A DNA stretch of 64,000 nucleotides from Okamejei kenojei (taxonomy: Eukaryota): assembly GCA_035221665.1 (NCBI GenBank), contig CM069159.1, positions 32,364,001 to 32,428,000 on the forward strand, in the 5' to 3' direction. The notes under the pieces were generated by a model. It did not search any database. It was not told where the DNA came from and was given only the letters and a program-made list of their open reading frames with translations. Below, in pieces: positions 63,840 through 64,000 of the stretch; the stretch's first letter is position 1; every line of letters starts with the position of its first letter. The translations under genes were made by a program, and so were the position numbers.

Positions 63840-64000
63840 GTGGAAAGATTGGTGGAAACAGGGCCGCGATCGACGTGAACGCTCTTTCCTTGACCCCACT
63901 TGCTGCAGCTGAACAGACAGCTCAGCAGCAGCAGCGTCCATCTATAGAGCCACACGTCCCCAGGCTTGAAACAGGAGAATGATCCTGGGGGTGAGTGGGC

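Overview
Vertebrate (cartilaginous-fish/skate-like, judged from its SINE/CR1/Penelope-type repeat content) genomic window containing an apolipoprotein-family gene cluster on the + strand, embedded in dense mobile DNA. It has one ApoA-IV/A-I-like gene (exons ~9372-9412, 10617-10767, 11738-12272) whose signal-peptide exon looks broken. This is followed by three tandem copies of a small (~158-160 aa) secreted gene with canonical apolipoprotein exon phases (1,2) and signal peptide, but a mature sequence I cannot assign to a known family. Copies 2 (37914-42691) and 3 (47208-49818) splice to intact ORFs; copy 1 (18400-23430) is disrupted or mis-assembled. The intact copies sit in near-identical DNA yet differ radically in one ~30-residue segment and carry only amino-acid-changing substitutions in exon 3, suggesting a rapidly diversifying secreted effector family. 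The duplicated units give empty/filled site pairs that define a full-length L1, a Helitron-type element with a nested solo LTR and a Harbinger-type element. An abundant short palindromic repeat carries minimal hammerhead-ribozyme cores. Parts of the window (N gaps, ~16.5-19 kb, ~31.5-36.9 kb) look like low-quality consensus.
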